DNA from: Minisyncoccota bacterium
Lineage (GTDB): Bacteria > Patescibacteriota > Minisyncoccia > Phycocordibacterales > UBA9973
Direction: 5' to 3'
Assembly: GCA_041659785.1 (NCBI GenBank)
Contig: JBAZXO010000001.1
Location: 19,795 to 83,794 of the forward strand
Length of the DNA: 64,000 nt
In this document: positions 7,535 to 18,338 of the stretch, piece by piece
Position numbering within the stretch: position 1 is the first letter of the stretch
Layout: every line of letters starts with the position of its first letter
Notes under the pieces: model-generated
The model's input: the letters and a program-made list of their open reading frames with translations, nothing else
What the model was told of the DNA's origin: nothing
Database searches by the model: none
Made by a program: the position numbers and the translations under genes

Positions 7535-8011
7535 TTATACCCTTGCTTTCTCCAGAGCTTCTTTTTCTTCAGCGCTTAATTCGTATTCGGATTTTCCATT
7601 TTTGATAGGTTTTGCAAATATGCTCATCCTCTCGCGAGAATATAAACTCGAAATCACTAAACCATTACCTTCTTCATTTAGCATTCCGATAGCGAAGCTC
7701 TGGTTGCTGCCTTGATCTGGAAATGGGTTGAAGCGTATCGTTTCAAGTCCTCTGACACTTTTTCTTAATTTAGAATTTATTGAAACAATATTTTTTTCAA
7801 TTTCTTCTTTTGATTTATTTAATTTATTTATTTCAGTTTCTAGGAGAGCGATAGTTTCCTCTAAATCTTTTGCTTTTTTACCAAGGAAAAATTTTTTTAA
7901 GCGTTTTTCGGTAACGATTATCCAAATAGCACATAAAAGATTGCCAAGAAAAGCAATTCCACTTAAAACAAAAAAAGCCAAGAAAAACATATTGTCGAGC
8001 TTTATATTCAT
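7535..8011 (-). CDS. DUF4446-like membrane-anchored coiled-coil protein
   Basis: N-terminal TM, coiled coil, C-terminal RFNPFPDQGSNQSFAIGMLNEEGNGLVISSLYSRERMSIFAKPI motif typical of the family (recalled from memory). Confidence 0.5.
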   Translation of the reverse strand: MNIKLDNMFFLAFFVLSGIAFLGNLLCAIWIIVTEKRLKKFFLGKKAKDLEETIALLETEINKLNKSKEEIEKNIVSINSKLRKSVRGLETIRFNPFPDQGSNQSFAIGMLNEEGNGLVISSLYSRERMSIFAKPIKNGKSEYELSAEEKEALEKARV

Positions 8012-8035
8012 ATCGTTTCAATATATACTATTTTT

Positions 8036-9334
8036 ATGCTCAAATCAAACTTGTCCCGCCGTGGCGGGGTAAAAGGATCAAATAAAATATATCTAGATTA
8101 TGCTGCGAGTGTAGAAGCGAATCCTAGTTCGATACATTCATTTGGCGTAGATGCAAAAATAAAACTTCAAAATGCGCGAAAAGAAGTAGCGAGTGTTTTA
8201 GGCTCTAGACCTGAAGAAATAATTTTTACGAGCGGTGGCACAGAAAGCAACAACCTTGCGATACAAGGAGTTGTTTGGTCAATTATTGAAATGCACACAT
8301 ATTCGCCTGTTGGCGAATTGCTCTGCTCGGCTCGTCAGCCCGCGCAAGGCATTTCAAAAACTACCAAACAACTCCTTCCACACATTATAACCACAAACAT
8401 AGAACATCCCTCAGTACTTGAGACTTTTAAATTATTAGAAAAAAGAAAACTCGCACAAATTTCTATAGTAGAAGTTGAAGCAAATGGGATAGTGGATCCA
8501 AAGAAAATAAAAAAAGAAATAAAGGAAAACACAATACTTGTTTCGGTTATGTATGCAAATAATGAAATAGGCACGATTCAGCCAATTCGTGAGATAGCAA
8601 AAGAGATTAGGCATTTTAAGAAAATAAAGGAAATCAATTTTTTCTCAGGTCCTCGGAAAAAATCCCCAGACCGTTCAAAAAAATTATTCCCTTCATTTTC
8701 TTTCCCGTTATTCCACACTGATGCAGTGCAAGCAGTTAATTATTTAGACCTTAATGTAGAAAGGCTCGGTGTGGATTTGCTTTCATTATCTGGCTCAAAA
8801 ATTGAGGGAGGAGGCAAAGTAGGAGTTCTTTATAAAAGAAAAATAGTTAAACTTGCAAATGTATATGGTGGAGGGGATCAAGAAATGGGATTACGTCCAG
8901 GGACAGAAAATTTATCAGAAATTTTGAAATTTTCTAGCGCATTAAAATTAGCGCAAGATATTAAAGAAAAAGAAAGTAAACGATTAACAAAACTTCGTGA
9001 TTATTTTTTTAGAGCCGTAGCGGGTAAGGCAATAATTAACGGTGATCTAAAAAATAGATTACCAAATAATGTGAATATAACGTTTCCAAAAATTCCAAGC
9101 GACCTTTTGGTTATTGAACTTTCTGCGAAAGGTATCATGGCATCTTCGAAAAGCGCTTGCAAAAGTTCCAGCTCAGAAGGTTCATATGTCATAAAAGCAA
9201 TACACCCAGAGATAGATAGAGAGATAGGCGGACTTCGTTTTTCGATGGGCAGAAAGACTACAAAGAAAGATATCGACTATACAATTAAAGTTTTATCTCA
9301 TATTTTGACAAAACTAAAAAAATGGTATGATTAG
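8036..9334 (+). CDS. cysteine desulfurase / class-V aminotransferase (IscS/NifS-like) with lineage-specific insertions
   Basis: IYLDYAAS N-terminus, ..TTNIEHPSVLE.., the PLP-lysine motif SLSGSKI, GLRPGTEN. A GC-rich mini-palindrome sits at codons 5-12 (8049-8069). Confidence 0.8.
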   Translation: MLKSNLSRRGGVKGSNKIYLDYAASVEANPSSIHSFGVDAKIKLQNARKEVASVLGSRPEEIIFTSGGTESNNLAIQGVVWSIIEMHTYSPVGELLCSARQPAQGISKTTKQLLPHIITTNIEHPSVLETFKLLEKRKLAQISIVEVEANGIVDPKKIKKEIKENTILVSVMYANNEIGTIQPIREIAKEIRHFKKIKEINFFSGPRKKSPDRSKKLFPSFSFPLFHTDAVQAVNYLDLNVERLGVDLLSLSGSKIEGGGKVGVLYKRKIVKLANVYGGGDQEMGLRPGTENLSEILKFSSALKLAQDIKEKESKRLTKLRDYFFRAVAGKAIINGDLKNRLPNNVNITFPKIPSDLLVIELSAKGIMASSKSACKSSSSEGSYVIKAIHPEIDREIGGLRFSMGRKTTKKDIDYTIKVLSHILTKLKKWYD

Positions 9335-9339
9335 GGTAT

Positions 9340-10122
9340 ATGGATATTAAAGATTTAAATAAATCACAACTTATTCTGCTCGCAGTATTGCTTTCCTTCA
9401 TCACTTCTATTGCGACAGGAATTACGACTGTTACGTTGATGCAACAAGCGCCTGTATCTTTTACTGCGCCAATAAATCGTGTCGTTCAGCAAACAATTGA
9501 GAAAATTCAGCAAGTAGAAGGCAAGACTACGGTGCAGACAGTAGTCGTCAAAGAAGAAGACTTAGTCGTAGATGCAATTGCGAAAAATAAATCTGCTGTA
9601 TTTTCTGTAACAAAAGAAACACAAGACGTAGACGGGAAAACTATTGAAGTTTCTGCAGGACGAGGGTTTGCAGTTTCTACTGATGGAGTAATCGTTGTAG
9701 ACGCCACACTTGTACCAGATAAAGGAGTTTATTATGTAAAAAATGAAAGTGGAAAATTTAAAGCAGACTTTATGTCAGCCGATAAGAATGGATTTTCTTT
9801 TCTTAAAGTAGGAGCCTCTTTGAACGGAACAGACAAGCCAGCCTTTACTGTGCCAACTTTTGGAGATTTAAGTAAAATGAAAATAGGACAACAGGTTTTA
9901 GTTATTGGTAATTCCGTATCTTCTTTTATCTTTGAAGGATTAAATTCAAATAAAAATATAGATGTAAATGTATCAAAATCAAATGTTGGAAGTCTTGTAT
10001 TAAATCTAGACGGTGAAGCCTTAGGCATTGCACTATCTCCAGATACCTCATCATTTGCCTCAATTGAAAGCATCACAAACGCACTTAAGGGTTCTGATGC
10101 GCCAGCTCCTAAAGCTCTCTAA
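9340..10122 (+). CDS. membrane-anchored trypsin-like (HtrA/S1C-like) domain protein with apparently degenerate catalytic residues
   Basis: N-terminal TM. GRGFAVSTDGVIVVDATLV, VIGNSVSS and SNVGSLVLNLDGEALGIAL align to the HtrA TNxHV / GNSGGP regions, but the Ser/His positions are replaced. Confidence 0.4.
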   Translation: MDIKDLNKSQLILLAVLLSFITSIATGITTVTLMQQAPVSFTAPINRVVQQTIEKIQQVEGKTTVQTVVVKEEDLVVDAIAKNKSAVFSVTKETQDVDGKTIEVSAGRGFAVSTDGVIVVDATLVPDKGVYYVKNESGKFKADFMSADKNGFSFLKVGASLNGTDKPAFTVPTFGDLSKMKIGQQVLVIGNSVSSFIFEGLNSNKNIDVNVSKSNVGSLVLNLDGEALGIALSPDTSSFASIESITNALKGSDAPAPKAL

Positions 10123-10166
10123 AATTACTTTTTACTTTATAACTTTAAGAACTTTTAACTTATTTT

Positions 10167-12869
10167 ATGCCACCATTAAATAAATTTACAACTAAAGCTA
10201 AAGATGCCATTAAAAAAGCCCACGAGCTGGCTATTGAACGTGGGGTAAACCATGTTTCTTCACTGCATTTACTCGCAGCTCTTTTGCTTGCTGAAGAATC
10301 AATGGTGAATTCTATTTTAGATAAATTGGAAATCGATACAATGTTATTGACTGATTCTGTTTTAGAATTAATTGAATTACCAGAATCCCACAGTACTATC
10401 TCACCGTCTTATCAGATTTATCTCAATCCTGATTTAGCTCAAATCATCGAACAATCAGCAAAGTTAGCAGAATATATGAAAGATGATTTCGTTTCAACGG
10501 AGCACCTTTTTATTGCAATCCTCGAAGTTACGAGTGAGGCACGTGAATTGTTGGCTAAATTTAGAATTCATAAAGATCAAGTTGTAAAAGTTTTAGAAGA
10601 ACTTCGTAGCCAAAATATTACTGAAAATTCTGAACCAAAGAAATTTAAATTACTAATAAAATACACTCGCAATTTAACTAAATTGGCGAAAGAAGATAAA
10701 TTAGATCCAGTCATTGGACGTGATAATGAAATAACTCGCATCATGCAGATACTCTCACGCCGAACGAAGAACAATCCTATTTTAATAGGAGAAGCAGGCA
10801 CAGGTAAGACAGCTGTGGTGGAAGGACTCGCTCAGATGATTGCTAAAGGAAATGTTCCAGAATCATTAAAAGAAAAAGATCTCGTTTCTCTTGATTTAGG
10901 CATGCTCGTAGCCGGTACAAAGTATCGTGGAGAATTTGAAGAAAGGTTAAAAGGTATTATGAAAGAGATTGAGCGATCAGATGGTAAAATAATTCTTTTC
11001 ATTGATGAGATTCATACTATCGTCGGTGCGGGTGGTGCAGAAGGTACGATGGATGCTTCAAATATGTTGAAGCCAGCGCTTTCTCGTGGAGAATTGCGTG
11101 CTATAGGTGCGACGACTCTTCGAGAATATCAAAAACATATTGAAAAAGATCCAGCCCTTGCTCGTCGTTTCCAGCCAGTTTATATAGATGAACCTAGTAT
11201 TGAGGATGCCTTTGCAATTTTACGCGGACTCAAGGAGAGGTATGAACTTTTCCATGGCGTAAGAATTACTGACGATGCGATAATCGCAGCTGTTAACCTT
11301 TCTTCTCGTTATATCACAAATAGATTTTTGCCGGATAAAGCTGTGGACTTGATAGACGAAGCTTCTTCGTCGTTGAAAATAATGCTTGAAAACAAGCCAC
11401 CAGTTTTGGAAGACGCTCATAGGAAAATAATGCGTTTAGAAATTGAGAAAGAAGCACTCAAGAAAGAGATAACTTTTGCAAGTGGAGAGAAAAAACAAGA
11501 TAAACAAAAAATACAAGAAGATAAAAATAGAATAAAAGAAATTGATAAAGAAATAGGAAATTTGACTGAAAAAACAAAAGAACTTGAATTAAAATGGCAG
11601 AATGAAAAAAATATTGTCCTTGAAATTAGAGGTATTAAGAAAGATATGGAAAGTATCAGGTTGGAGGCAGAAGAAGCAGAGATGAAAGCGGATCTTTCTC
11701 TGGCTGCAGAAATACGTTATGGAAAGTTACCAGCATTAAAGAAAGAACTCGATACAAAACTCGCACGATTAAAGAAGTTACAGAAATCGCGCAGAATTTT
11801 AAAAGAAGAAATTACTGCTGAGGATATAGCAGAAGTAGTGGCTCGTTGGACAGGCATACCTCTCAACAAAATGCTTGAAGAAGAAAGAGAGAAGCTCGAG
11901 AAAATGGAAGATGAGTTGAGTAAGAGAGTAGTCGGTCAAGACGCTGCTATAAAAAGAGTAGCAGATGTCGTTCGTCGTTCTCGTGCAGGCATTGGAGACC
12001 CCAATAGACCCATCGGTTCATTTATTTTCCTTGGTCCGACTGGAGTAGGAAAAACAGAGCTTACTAAAGCCTTGGGCCAATTTATGTTCAATGACGACAA
12101 TGCCATCATCCGTGTAGATATGTCTGAGTACACAGAAAGGCATTCAATGTCTAAGCTTATTGGTTCTCCTCCAGGATATGTCGGCTATGATGAAGCAGGT
12201 CAATTGACTGAAGCTGTGCGTCATCGCCCATACTCAGTAATACTTTTTGATGAGATTGAGAAAGCTCATCCAGAAGTTTTTAATATGCTTCTTCAGCTTA
12301 TTGACGAGGGACGTCTTACTGATGGTAAAGGAAGGGTAGTTAACTTTAAAAATACTATTATTATCTTGACCTCGAATATCGGTTCACAATTTGTAGAAAA
12401 AATGGAATCGATTGGCTTTTCTAACAATTCAGAGAGACAGGATTATGGAAACATGAAAGAAAAAGTTATGAATGCATTGAAGGATAATTTCCGCCCAGAA
12501 TTTTTGAATCGCCTAGATGAGATAATTGTTTTCGATGTCTTGTCAGAAGAGGCCTTAAAAGAGATAGTTAATTTGCGAATAAAGGTTGTCGTTAATCGTT
12601 TAGCAAGTAAAGGAATAAAATTTGAAATTGAAAATGAGGCGCTTTCTTTGCTAGCCAAGGAGGGCTATGATCCGCATTTCGGAGCAAGGCCACTTAATCG
12701 CCTAATCCAGAACAAGATTTTGAATTCAGTTGCTTCTTATATTATTTCGAACAAAGTTTCAAAAGGGGACACAGTTTATGTTTCTGCGAAAAACAATGAA
12801 CTTGTTATCGAAACCAAAAAAGCGAAAATCAAAAGCTCGATTAGAGTAAGAAATCGTTCTTCAGTTTAG
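10167..12869 (+). CDS. clpB: ATP-dependent chaperone ClpB (two AAA+ modules with a coiled-coil middle domain)
   Basis: Clp-N repeats; [15 protein letters not shown] Walker A; long coiled coil; second [18 protein letters not shown]; sensor-2. Confidence 0.9.
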   Translation: MPPLNKFTTKAKDAIKKAHELAIERGVNHVSSLHLLAALLLAEESMVNSILDKLEIDTMLLTDSVLELIELPESHSTISPSYQIYLNPDLAQIIEQSAKLAEYMKDDFVSTEHLFIAILEVTSEARELLAKFRIHKDQVVKVLEELRSQNITENSEPKKFKLLIKYTRNLTKLAKEDKLDPVIGRDNEITRIMQILSRRTKNNPILIGEAGTGKTAVVEGLAQMIAKGNVPESLKEKDLVSLDLGMLVAGTKYRGEFEERLKGIMKEIERSDGKIILFIDEIHTIVGAGGAEGTMDASNMLKPALSRGELRAIGATTLREYQKHIEKDPALARRFQPVYIDEPSIEDAFAILRGLKERYELFHGVRITDDAIIAAVNLSSRYITNRFLPDKAVDLIDEASSSLKIMLENKPPVLEDAHRKIMRLEIEKEALKKEITFASGEKKQDKQKIQEDKNRIKEIDKEIGNLTEKTKELELKWQNEKNIVLEIRGIKKDMESIRLEAEEAEMKADLSLAAEIRYGKLPALKKELDTKLARLKKLQKSRRILKEEITAEDIAEVVARWTGIPLNKMLEEEREKLEKMEDELSKRVVGQDAAIKRVADVVRRSRAGIGDPNRPIGSFIFLGPTGVGKTELTKALGQFMFNDDNAIIRVDMSEYTERHSMSKLIGSPPGYVGYDEAGQLTEAVRHRPYSVILFDEIEKAHPEVFNMLLQLIDEGRLTDGKGRVVNFKNTIIILTSNIGSQFVEKMESIGFSNNSERQDYGNMKEKVMNALKDNFRPEFLNRLDEIIVFDVLSEEALKEIVNLRIKVVVNRLASKGIKFEIENEALSLLAKEGYDPHFGARPLNRLIQNKILNSVASYIISNKVSKGDTVYVSAKNNELVIETKKAKIKSSIRVRNRSSV

Positions 12870-12878
12870 ATTTTATGG

Positions 12879-12961
12879 TGCGTCGGGAAGGATTCGAACC
12901 TTCGTAGCCCGAAGGCGACAGATTTACAGTCTGTTGTAATTGACCACTCTACCACCGACGC
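12879..12961 (-). tRNA. tRNA-Tyr (anticodon GTA), long variable arm
   Basis: Reverse complement GCGTCGGTGGTAGAGTGGTCAATTACAACAGACTGTAAATCTGTCGCCTTCGGGCTACGAAGGTTCGAATCCTTCCCGACGCA. Confidence 0.8.
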
Positions 12962-13133
12962 ATATATTTACTTTTCAACGTATTAGAATCTTACATCAAT
13001 ACTATAGTTTTTCCTGCACACCCTATACCGATGCATGCATATAAAATAACATAAAATTATATTTTTTGCATTCTTTTTAAGAAGAGATTTATACTTCATA
13101 AAGATTTCACCTTAAAAGTGGTATCATAAATGT

Positions 13134-13802
13134 ATGAAGATATTAGTCGTTGAGGACAATACAAAATTGGCAGAAAATTTAAAACAAGGCCTGATGCAAG
13201 AAGGTTATGCTGTTGATGTGATCGAAGATGGCTTGGTCGCAGAACGACGTATACTATTTAACCGCGACGAATATGACCTTGTGGTTTTAGATAGAATGCT
13301 CCCTGGGAAAGATGGTATCTTGGTTTGTGATAGCTGGCGAGAAAATGGTGTTATTGTTCCGATATTAATGCTTACGGCTCTTTCTACTACCGACGACAAA
13401 GTTATTGGGCTTGATGCAGGAGCAGACGATTATTTAGCTAAACCATTTGCCTTCAAGGAATTACTTGCTCGTATACATGCACTTTTGAGGCGTCCTAAAC
13501 AATCTTCGCCCGTTGTGCTTACTTCTGGTAATATTAATATGAACACAACGAGCAGGACAGTAAATTACAAGAATAAACCAGTTTCCCTTACTTTAAAAGA
13601 ATTTATGGTGCTTGAGTATTTAATGCGCAATCTAAACAAGGTGATTACCAGAGATGAACTTTATTCGCATGCATGGGATTTTGCAGACTCATCATTTAGT
13701 AATACTGTCGATGTACACATAAAAAATCTAAGAAAAAAAATTCATGATAATGGAAAAATTATACAAACAATTAGAGGAGTTGGTTACAAAATGGAAGGTT
13801 AA
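13134..13802 (+). CDS. OmpR-family response regulator (REC + winged helix)
   Basis: MKILVVEDN..DLVVLDRMLPGKDG..AKPF, and a C-terminal trans_reg_C-like domain. Confidence 0.85.
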   Translation: MKILVVEDNTKLAENLKQGLMQEGYAVDVIEDGLVAERRILFNRDEYDLVVLDRMLPGKDGILVCDSWRENGVIVPILMLTALSTTDDKVIGLDAGADDYLAKPFAFKELLARIHALLRRPKQSSPVVLTSGNINMNTTSRTVNYKNKPVSLTLKEFMVLEYLMRNLNKVITRDELYSHAWDFADSSFSNTVDVHIKNLRKKIHDNGKIIQTIRGVGYKMEG

Positions 13803-14778
13803 TCGTAAGAACGATGAATTTTTTGTAGCGCGACTCAGGCTCACTTTATATTATTCTGTTACAGCAATAGTAATTTTGGGTAGTTCAAGTATTGTGCTTT
13901 ACAACACAATTCTTTCTAATTTTACCCAATCAATTTTGGATAATATTTTTCTGGACCCTAGGACTGCCAGATTAATCATAGACAGAGCCCAAGATATATT
14001 ATTAAATCGTTTTATCACAATAGATTTGATCATAATATTTTTTGTTATTATTTTAGGATTTTTGCTTACTTATAAGACGCTGGAACCAATTAAATTTAAT
14101 ATGCAAAAGCAAAAGAGATTTATTGCTGATGCTTCTCATGAATTGCGTACCCCTATCGCAGTAGTCATCTCTGGGCTTGAGGTTAATCTTAGTAATAAGA
14201 ACTTGGATATTGTAGGAGCTAAAAAAACATTAGAAAATACCCTAGAAGAAATGAGAGAATTTTCTAAACTTAGCAATAATTTACTTGATTTGTCTAAATA
14301 CGATACGCCAAGACAGACGGAATATAAAAATGTGCATATAGATGAGCTAGTGAAATCTATTGTGGAAAAAAATAAAAATTTAGCTAAGATAAAAAATATA
14401 AATATTGAAATAAAAATAGAAATACCTGTAATCGTACGAGGTAGTGAGATCGAATTGAGTCGTGTGTTTTTTAATATCTTGGATAATGCAATCAAACATA
14501 CAAATGACGGGGGAGCCATAACCGTGTCAGAGAAAATTGTTTTAGGTAAATATATTGTAACGATTGGTGATAATGGTGTAGGAATCAGAGAGGATATTTT
14601 AAACAAAATATTCGATCCATTTTTCAGGGGAAATGAAGCACGAAATACAGAAGGTGCAGGCCTCGGGCTCACTTTATCAAAAAAGATTGTTGAGAATCAC
14701 AAAGGAACAATTTCTATAAAAAGCCAAGTAAATAAAGGCACGAACGTTATAATCTCCTTGCCAGTCTCTTCACAGTAA
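13744..14778 (+). CDS. sensor histidine kinase (TM + HisKA + HATPase_c); start uncertain, it overlaps the regulator's 3' end
   Basis: H-box ADASHELRTPI; N/G-boxes NILDNAIKHT..GDNGVGI..GAGLGL. Confidence 0.8.
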   Translation: MIMEKLYKQLEELVTKWKVNRKNDEFFVARLRLTLYYSVTAIVILGSSSIVLYNTILSNFTQSILDNIFLDPRTARLIIDRAQDILLNRFITIDLIIIFFVIILGFLLTYKTLEPIKFNMQKQKRFIADASHELRTPIAVVISGLEVNLSNKNLDIVGAKKTLENTLEEMREFSKLSNNLLDLSKYDTPRQTEYKNVHIDELVKSIVEKNKNLAKIKNINIEIKIEIPVIVRGSEIELSRVFFNILDNAIKHTNDGGAITVSEKIVLGKYIVTIGDNGVGIREDILNKIFDPFFRGNEARNTEGAGLGLTLSKKIVENHKGTISIKSQVNKGTNVIISLPVSSQ

Positions 14779-14859
14779 CTTCATTTAATAAAGATAATAT
14801 AAATATACACTATAGTCGTAGTGTAGACGATTATTAATTTATTCATTTAACTTAAATAC

Positions 14860-15288
14860 ATGAAATACAAAAAACAAATAGCCACAGGTGCACTTGCAAT
14901 ATCATTATTAGTATCAGGTTCTAGCGTTTTTGCTGCGAGCCCTCAAGATCTAGGGATCAAAAATGTACACTCAACTTATCAAAAGCAAAACAAAAATAAT
15001 AAAAATTTAAAAAACAGAAAGATGGGTAAGAATAATATTGTTGGAACCATCGGAGCATTGACTGCTACAGGCTTTACGGTAGATGTAAGGAATATGAAAA
15101 CTAAAATCGCCTCTTCAGTAGATGTTAAAACAGATACTTCTACTATTTATAAGAAAGATGGAATTAGTGCTACATCACTCGATCTTGCCGTAGGACAAAA
15201 GGTAATTGTTGCTGGTACTTTAGATAAAACGATAAATATTTTAACAGCTAAAACAGTAAAGATAGTTACTAACAAGAAAAACTTGTAG
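14860..15288 (+). CDS. hypothetical secreted protein (signal peptide, K/N-rich)
   Basis: ORF with an ..SSVFAASPQ signal peptide; no recognisable domain. Confidence 0.35.
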   Translation: MKYKKQIATGALAISLLVSGSSVFAASPQDLGIKNVHSTYQKQNKNNKNLKNRKMGKNNIVGTIGALTATGFTVDVRNMKTKIASSVDVKTDTSTIYKKDGISATSLDLAVGQKVIVAGTLDKTINILTAKTVKIVTNKKNL

Positions 15289-15346
15289 TTTTTTAAAAAG
15301 AATGTTATTATAAAGAGAAGCTCATATATTTTTTGGGCTTTTTTTT

Positions 15347-17146
15347 ATGGAAATTAGAAATATAGCAATAATAGCTCACGTGGACCACGGCAAGACGACC
15401 TTGACTGATGCTTTAATGAAGCAAAATGGTGGATTGCAAGATGAGGGAGTATCAATGGATTCAAACGATCTTGAAAAAGAGCGTGGTATTACCATTTATT
15501 CTAAAAACACCTCGATTAATTATAAAGATACAAAGATAAACATTGTAGATACTCCTGGTCACGCAGACTTCGGTTCTGAGGTGGAACGTGTTTTGCGCGC
15601 AATTGATTCAGTTCTGTTGCTCGTGGATGCAGCTGAAGGCCCAATGCCACAGACTAGATTCGTTCTAAAGAAATCTCTAGAATTAGGATTGAAGCCAATC
15701 GTGGTTATAAACAAAATAGATAAACCAGCAGCTGATGCACACAGGGTGCATGAAGAAGTTTTAGATTTATTTTTCGAACTAGGCGCTAATGAAGAGCAAG
15801 CAAATTTCGAAACTATTTATGCAATAGGACGTGAAGGTAAAGCATTTAGACATTTAGATGATAAGTCTGAAGACCTTTCTCCTTTACTTGATTTAATATT
15901 AGAAAAAGTTGCACCAGCTTCTCTCGACGAAGAAGGAAAAATGTCTGCACAAGTTTTTAACCTAGGTTATGATAATTTCTTAGGAAGAATGGCTATCGCA
16001 CGTATTTATTCTGGAAAAATGTTATCTGGAAGTCAGGTATTCGTTAAAGGTGAAAATGGAACACGAAAAGGTAAAATCACAAAGCTTTTTTCTTTTGAAG
16101 GGATAAACAGAAAAGAGATAGAGTATGCAACTTCTGGTGACATAGTCTTACTATCTGGAATTCCAGATATTTATATTGGAGAAACATTATGTGAAGATGA
16201 GAGCATCACACCATTACCGCACATCGCTATCGATGAGCCAACCCTTTCCCTTAATTTTTTAGTTAACGATTCTCCTTTTGCTGGGAAAGAAGGTAAATTC
16301 CTTACCTCAAGACAAATTAAAGAAAGACTAGAAAAAGAATTAGAAATAAACGTTGGACTTAAGGTTGATTTTTCTCCGGACCAGGGCGACAAAATGGGTC
16401 CTTCCTTTTTTAAAGTATACGGCCGAGGTGAACTTCATATTGCAATCTTGCTTGAAAATATGCGCAGAGAAGGTTTCGAGATGCAAGTTTCTCAACCAGA
16501 AGTTATTATCAAAGAAGAAAATGGGGTAAAAACAGAGCCATATGAAGAGCTCGTGATTGATGTTCCGATGGAATCAAGCGGATCTGTAATAGAAAAAATT
16601 GGGAAAAGGCGTGGTCTCATGAGAGACATGGTAGAGAAAGAAGGTATAGCTAGAATTATTTTTGATATACCTACACGTGGTCTCTTGGGTTACCGTAGTG
16701 AATTTATTATAGACACAAAAGGAGAGGGAATAATGTCTTCTCGGGTTACTGGCTTCAGAGAATACGCTGGAGAAATCAAAAAAAGGGAGTACGGCTCTAT
16801 GGCTTCTATGGTATCTGGTAAGGCAGTAGCCTTTTCACTTGCAAATTTACAGGAACGTGGTATATTGTATGTAGATCACGGTACTGAGGTTTATGAAGGA
16901 ATGGTTGTCGGTAACGTTTTGAAAGGAGACGACATGTCTGTTAACCCCACAAAAGGTAAACAGCTCACAAACATGCGAGCTTCTGGTACAGACGAAGCTA
17001 TCACCCTTAACCCTGTTTTTACCTTGAGTATCGAACGTGGTCTTGAGGTTATGAATGGAGATGAATATTTAGAAATCACACCAAAATCTGTTCGACTTCG
17101 TAAAAAATATCTTACAGAGATTGACCGAATTAAAGCAAAGAGATAA
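15347..17146 (+). CDS. typA: translational GTPase TypA/BipA
   Basis: IAIIAHVDHGKTTLTDAL..DTPGHADF..NKIDK, then EF-G-like domains and the BipA C-terminal domain. Confidence 0.9.
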   Translation: MEIRNIAIIAHVDHGKTTLTDALMKQNGGLQDEGVSMDSNDLEKERGITIYSKNTSINYKDTKINIVDTPGHADFGSEVERVLRAIDSVLLLVDAAEGPMPQTRFVLKKSLELGLKPIVVINKIDKPAADAHRVHEEVLDLFFELGANEEQANFETIYAIGREGKAFRHLDDKSEDLSPLLDLILEKVAPASLDEEGKMSAQVFNLGYDNFLGRMAIARIYSGKMLSGSQVFVKGENGTRKGKITKLFSFEGINRKEIEYATSGDIVLLSGIPDIYIGETLCEDESITPLPHIAIDEPTLSLNFLVNDSPFAGKEGKFLTSRQIKERLEKELEINVGLKVDFSPDQGDKMGPSFFKVYGRGELHIAILLENMRREGFEMQVSQPEVIIKEENGVKTEPYEELVIDVPMESSGSVIEKIGKRRGLMRDMVEKEGIARIIFDIPTRGLLGYRSEFIIDTKGEGIMSSRVTGFREYAGEIKKREYGSMASMVSGKAVAFSLANLQERGILYVDHGTEVYEGMVVGNVLKGDDMSVNPTKGKQLTNMRASGTDEAITLNPVFTLSIERGLEVMNGDEYLEITPKSVRLRKKYLTEIDRIKAKR

Positions 17147-17167
17147 CCCACGCCACGGCGGGGCAAG
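17147..17167. repeat. family A mini-palindrome (reverse orientation) between the typA stop and the next start codon
   Basis: cccacgccacggcggggcaag, then aaaattt, then ATG at 17175. Confidence 0.7.
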
Positions 17168-17174
17168 AAAATTT

Positions 17175-18206
17175 ATGGCAACAATATCTTTTAAACCACA
17201 AAAAATAACTAAAAAAATAACCTCACATCTTCAAGATCGCGCTCTAGATGTAATCATGAATCGTTTCGGTTTGACAGCCGACGGTAAGAAGAAAACCCTT
17301 GAAGAAATTGGTAAAAAATACAACATTACACGAGAACGTGTTCGTCAGGTTGAAGAGGCAGCTCTTAGTCTTGTAAAAAAGTCCGATGCTTATAAAAACG
17401 AGCAAGCAATTTTTGATGAATTAAAACAAATAGTACATAACCTCGGATCTATCGTCGCTGAACACGAATTCTTACCTTATATTTCTAAAGATAAAAATAC
17501 TCAAAATCATATTAACTTTTTCTTAGTATTAGCTGATGTTTTCAAGAAGCATCGTGAAGATGATCATTTTCATACTCGTTACAGCGTAGATGATTCTATG
17601 GCTGATAAGGTTCATGAAACTCTTCGAAAACTTTATTCTAGTCTAAAAGATGAAGACCTCATTCCTGAGACTGAAATGATTAAAAAGTTTTTTGATCAAA
17701 TGAAAGATGTTGCTGAGGAATACAGAGATGCAGAAATGGCCAAGAGATGGCTCTCTATGTCTAAGACTATTGCAAAAAATGAACTAGGAGAATGGGGTAA
17801 AGCTTCTTCTCCCAATATTCGTACTCGTGGTGTTAAAGATTATGCTTTCCTCGTTATGAGACGTCATGGTTCTCCAATGCATTTCAAGGAAGTGGCAGAT
17901 TCTATTTCTAAAACTTTTGGTAAAAAAATACATTATGCAACATGCCACAATGAACTTATTAAAGACTCTCGTTTCGTCTTAGTGGGCCGTGGAATGTATG
18001 CTCTTGCTGAATGGGGTTATAAAGCAGGTATTGCTCGTGAGGTCATTCAAGATATACTAAAGAGGGAAGGAGCTCCATTATCTAAAGAGGATATTGTCAC
18101 GAAAGTAATGAAAGAAAGATATTTCAAGAAAAATACTATTTTAGTCAATCTTGCTAACTCAAAATATTTCAAGAAAAACTCAAAAGGGCTTTATACCCTA
18201 GCTTAA
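17175..18206 (+). CDS. DNA-binding protein with an N-terminal sigma-70 region-4-like HTH and a C-terminal HARE-HTH-like winged helix
   Basis: TLEEIGKKYNITRERVRQVEEAAL (sigma70_r4-like). ..MHFKEVADSI..DSRFVLVGRGMYALAEWGY resembles the HARE-HTH motif. The true start is probably ATG 17175 rather than 17121. Confidence 0.45.
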   Translation: MATISFKPQKITKKITSHLQDRALDVIMNRFGLTADGKKKTLEEIGKKYNITRERVRQVEEAALSLVKKSDAYKNEQAIFDELKQIVHNLGSIVAEHEFLPYISKDKNTQNHINFFLVLADVFKKHREDDHFHTRYSVDDSMADKVHETLRKLYSSLKDEDLIPETEMIKKFFDQMKDVAEEYRDAEMAKRWLSMSKTIAKNELGEWGKASSPNIRTRGVKDYAFLVMRRHGSPMHFKEVADSISKTFGKKIHYATCHNELIKDSRFVLVGRGMYALAEWGYKAGIAREVIQDILKREGAPLSKEDIVTKVMKERYFKKNTILVNLANSKYFKKNSKGLYTLA

Positions 18207-18221
18207 ACTTAACTCCCTAAA

Positions 18222-18279
18222 TCCCCCTTATCAGGGGGACTTCTAATACCACGTATTTTCTCTCCCCTGACAAGGGGAG
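18222..18279. repeat. two family B GC palindromes (tcccccttatcaggggga; ctcccctgacaaggggag) in the intergenic spacer
   Basis: Read directly; each has 6-7 bp GC arms. Confidence 0.7.
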
Positions 18280-18338
18280 GATCAGGGAGGGGTTGTGTTC
18301 TGCTTTGTTTATTTTGCTTTTTATACTAAAATAAGAGC

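Noticed and set aside
17121-17174. N-terminal extensions of ORFs 17121, 32593 and 1496 given in the ORF track
   Set aside because: The extensions consist of the GC palindromes and begin at non-ATG codons. Downstream ATGs give canonical N-termini (MATISF..., MTTETKG..., MKKKLIV...).
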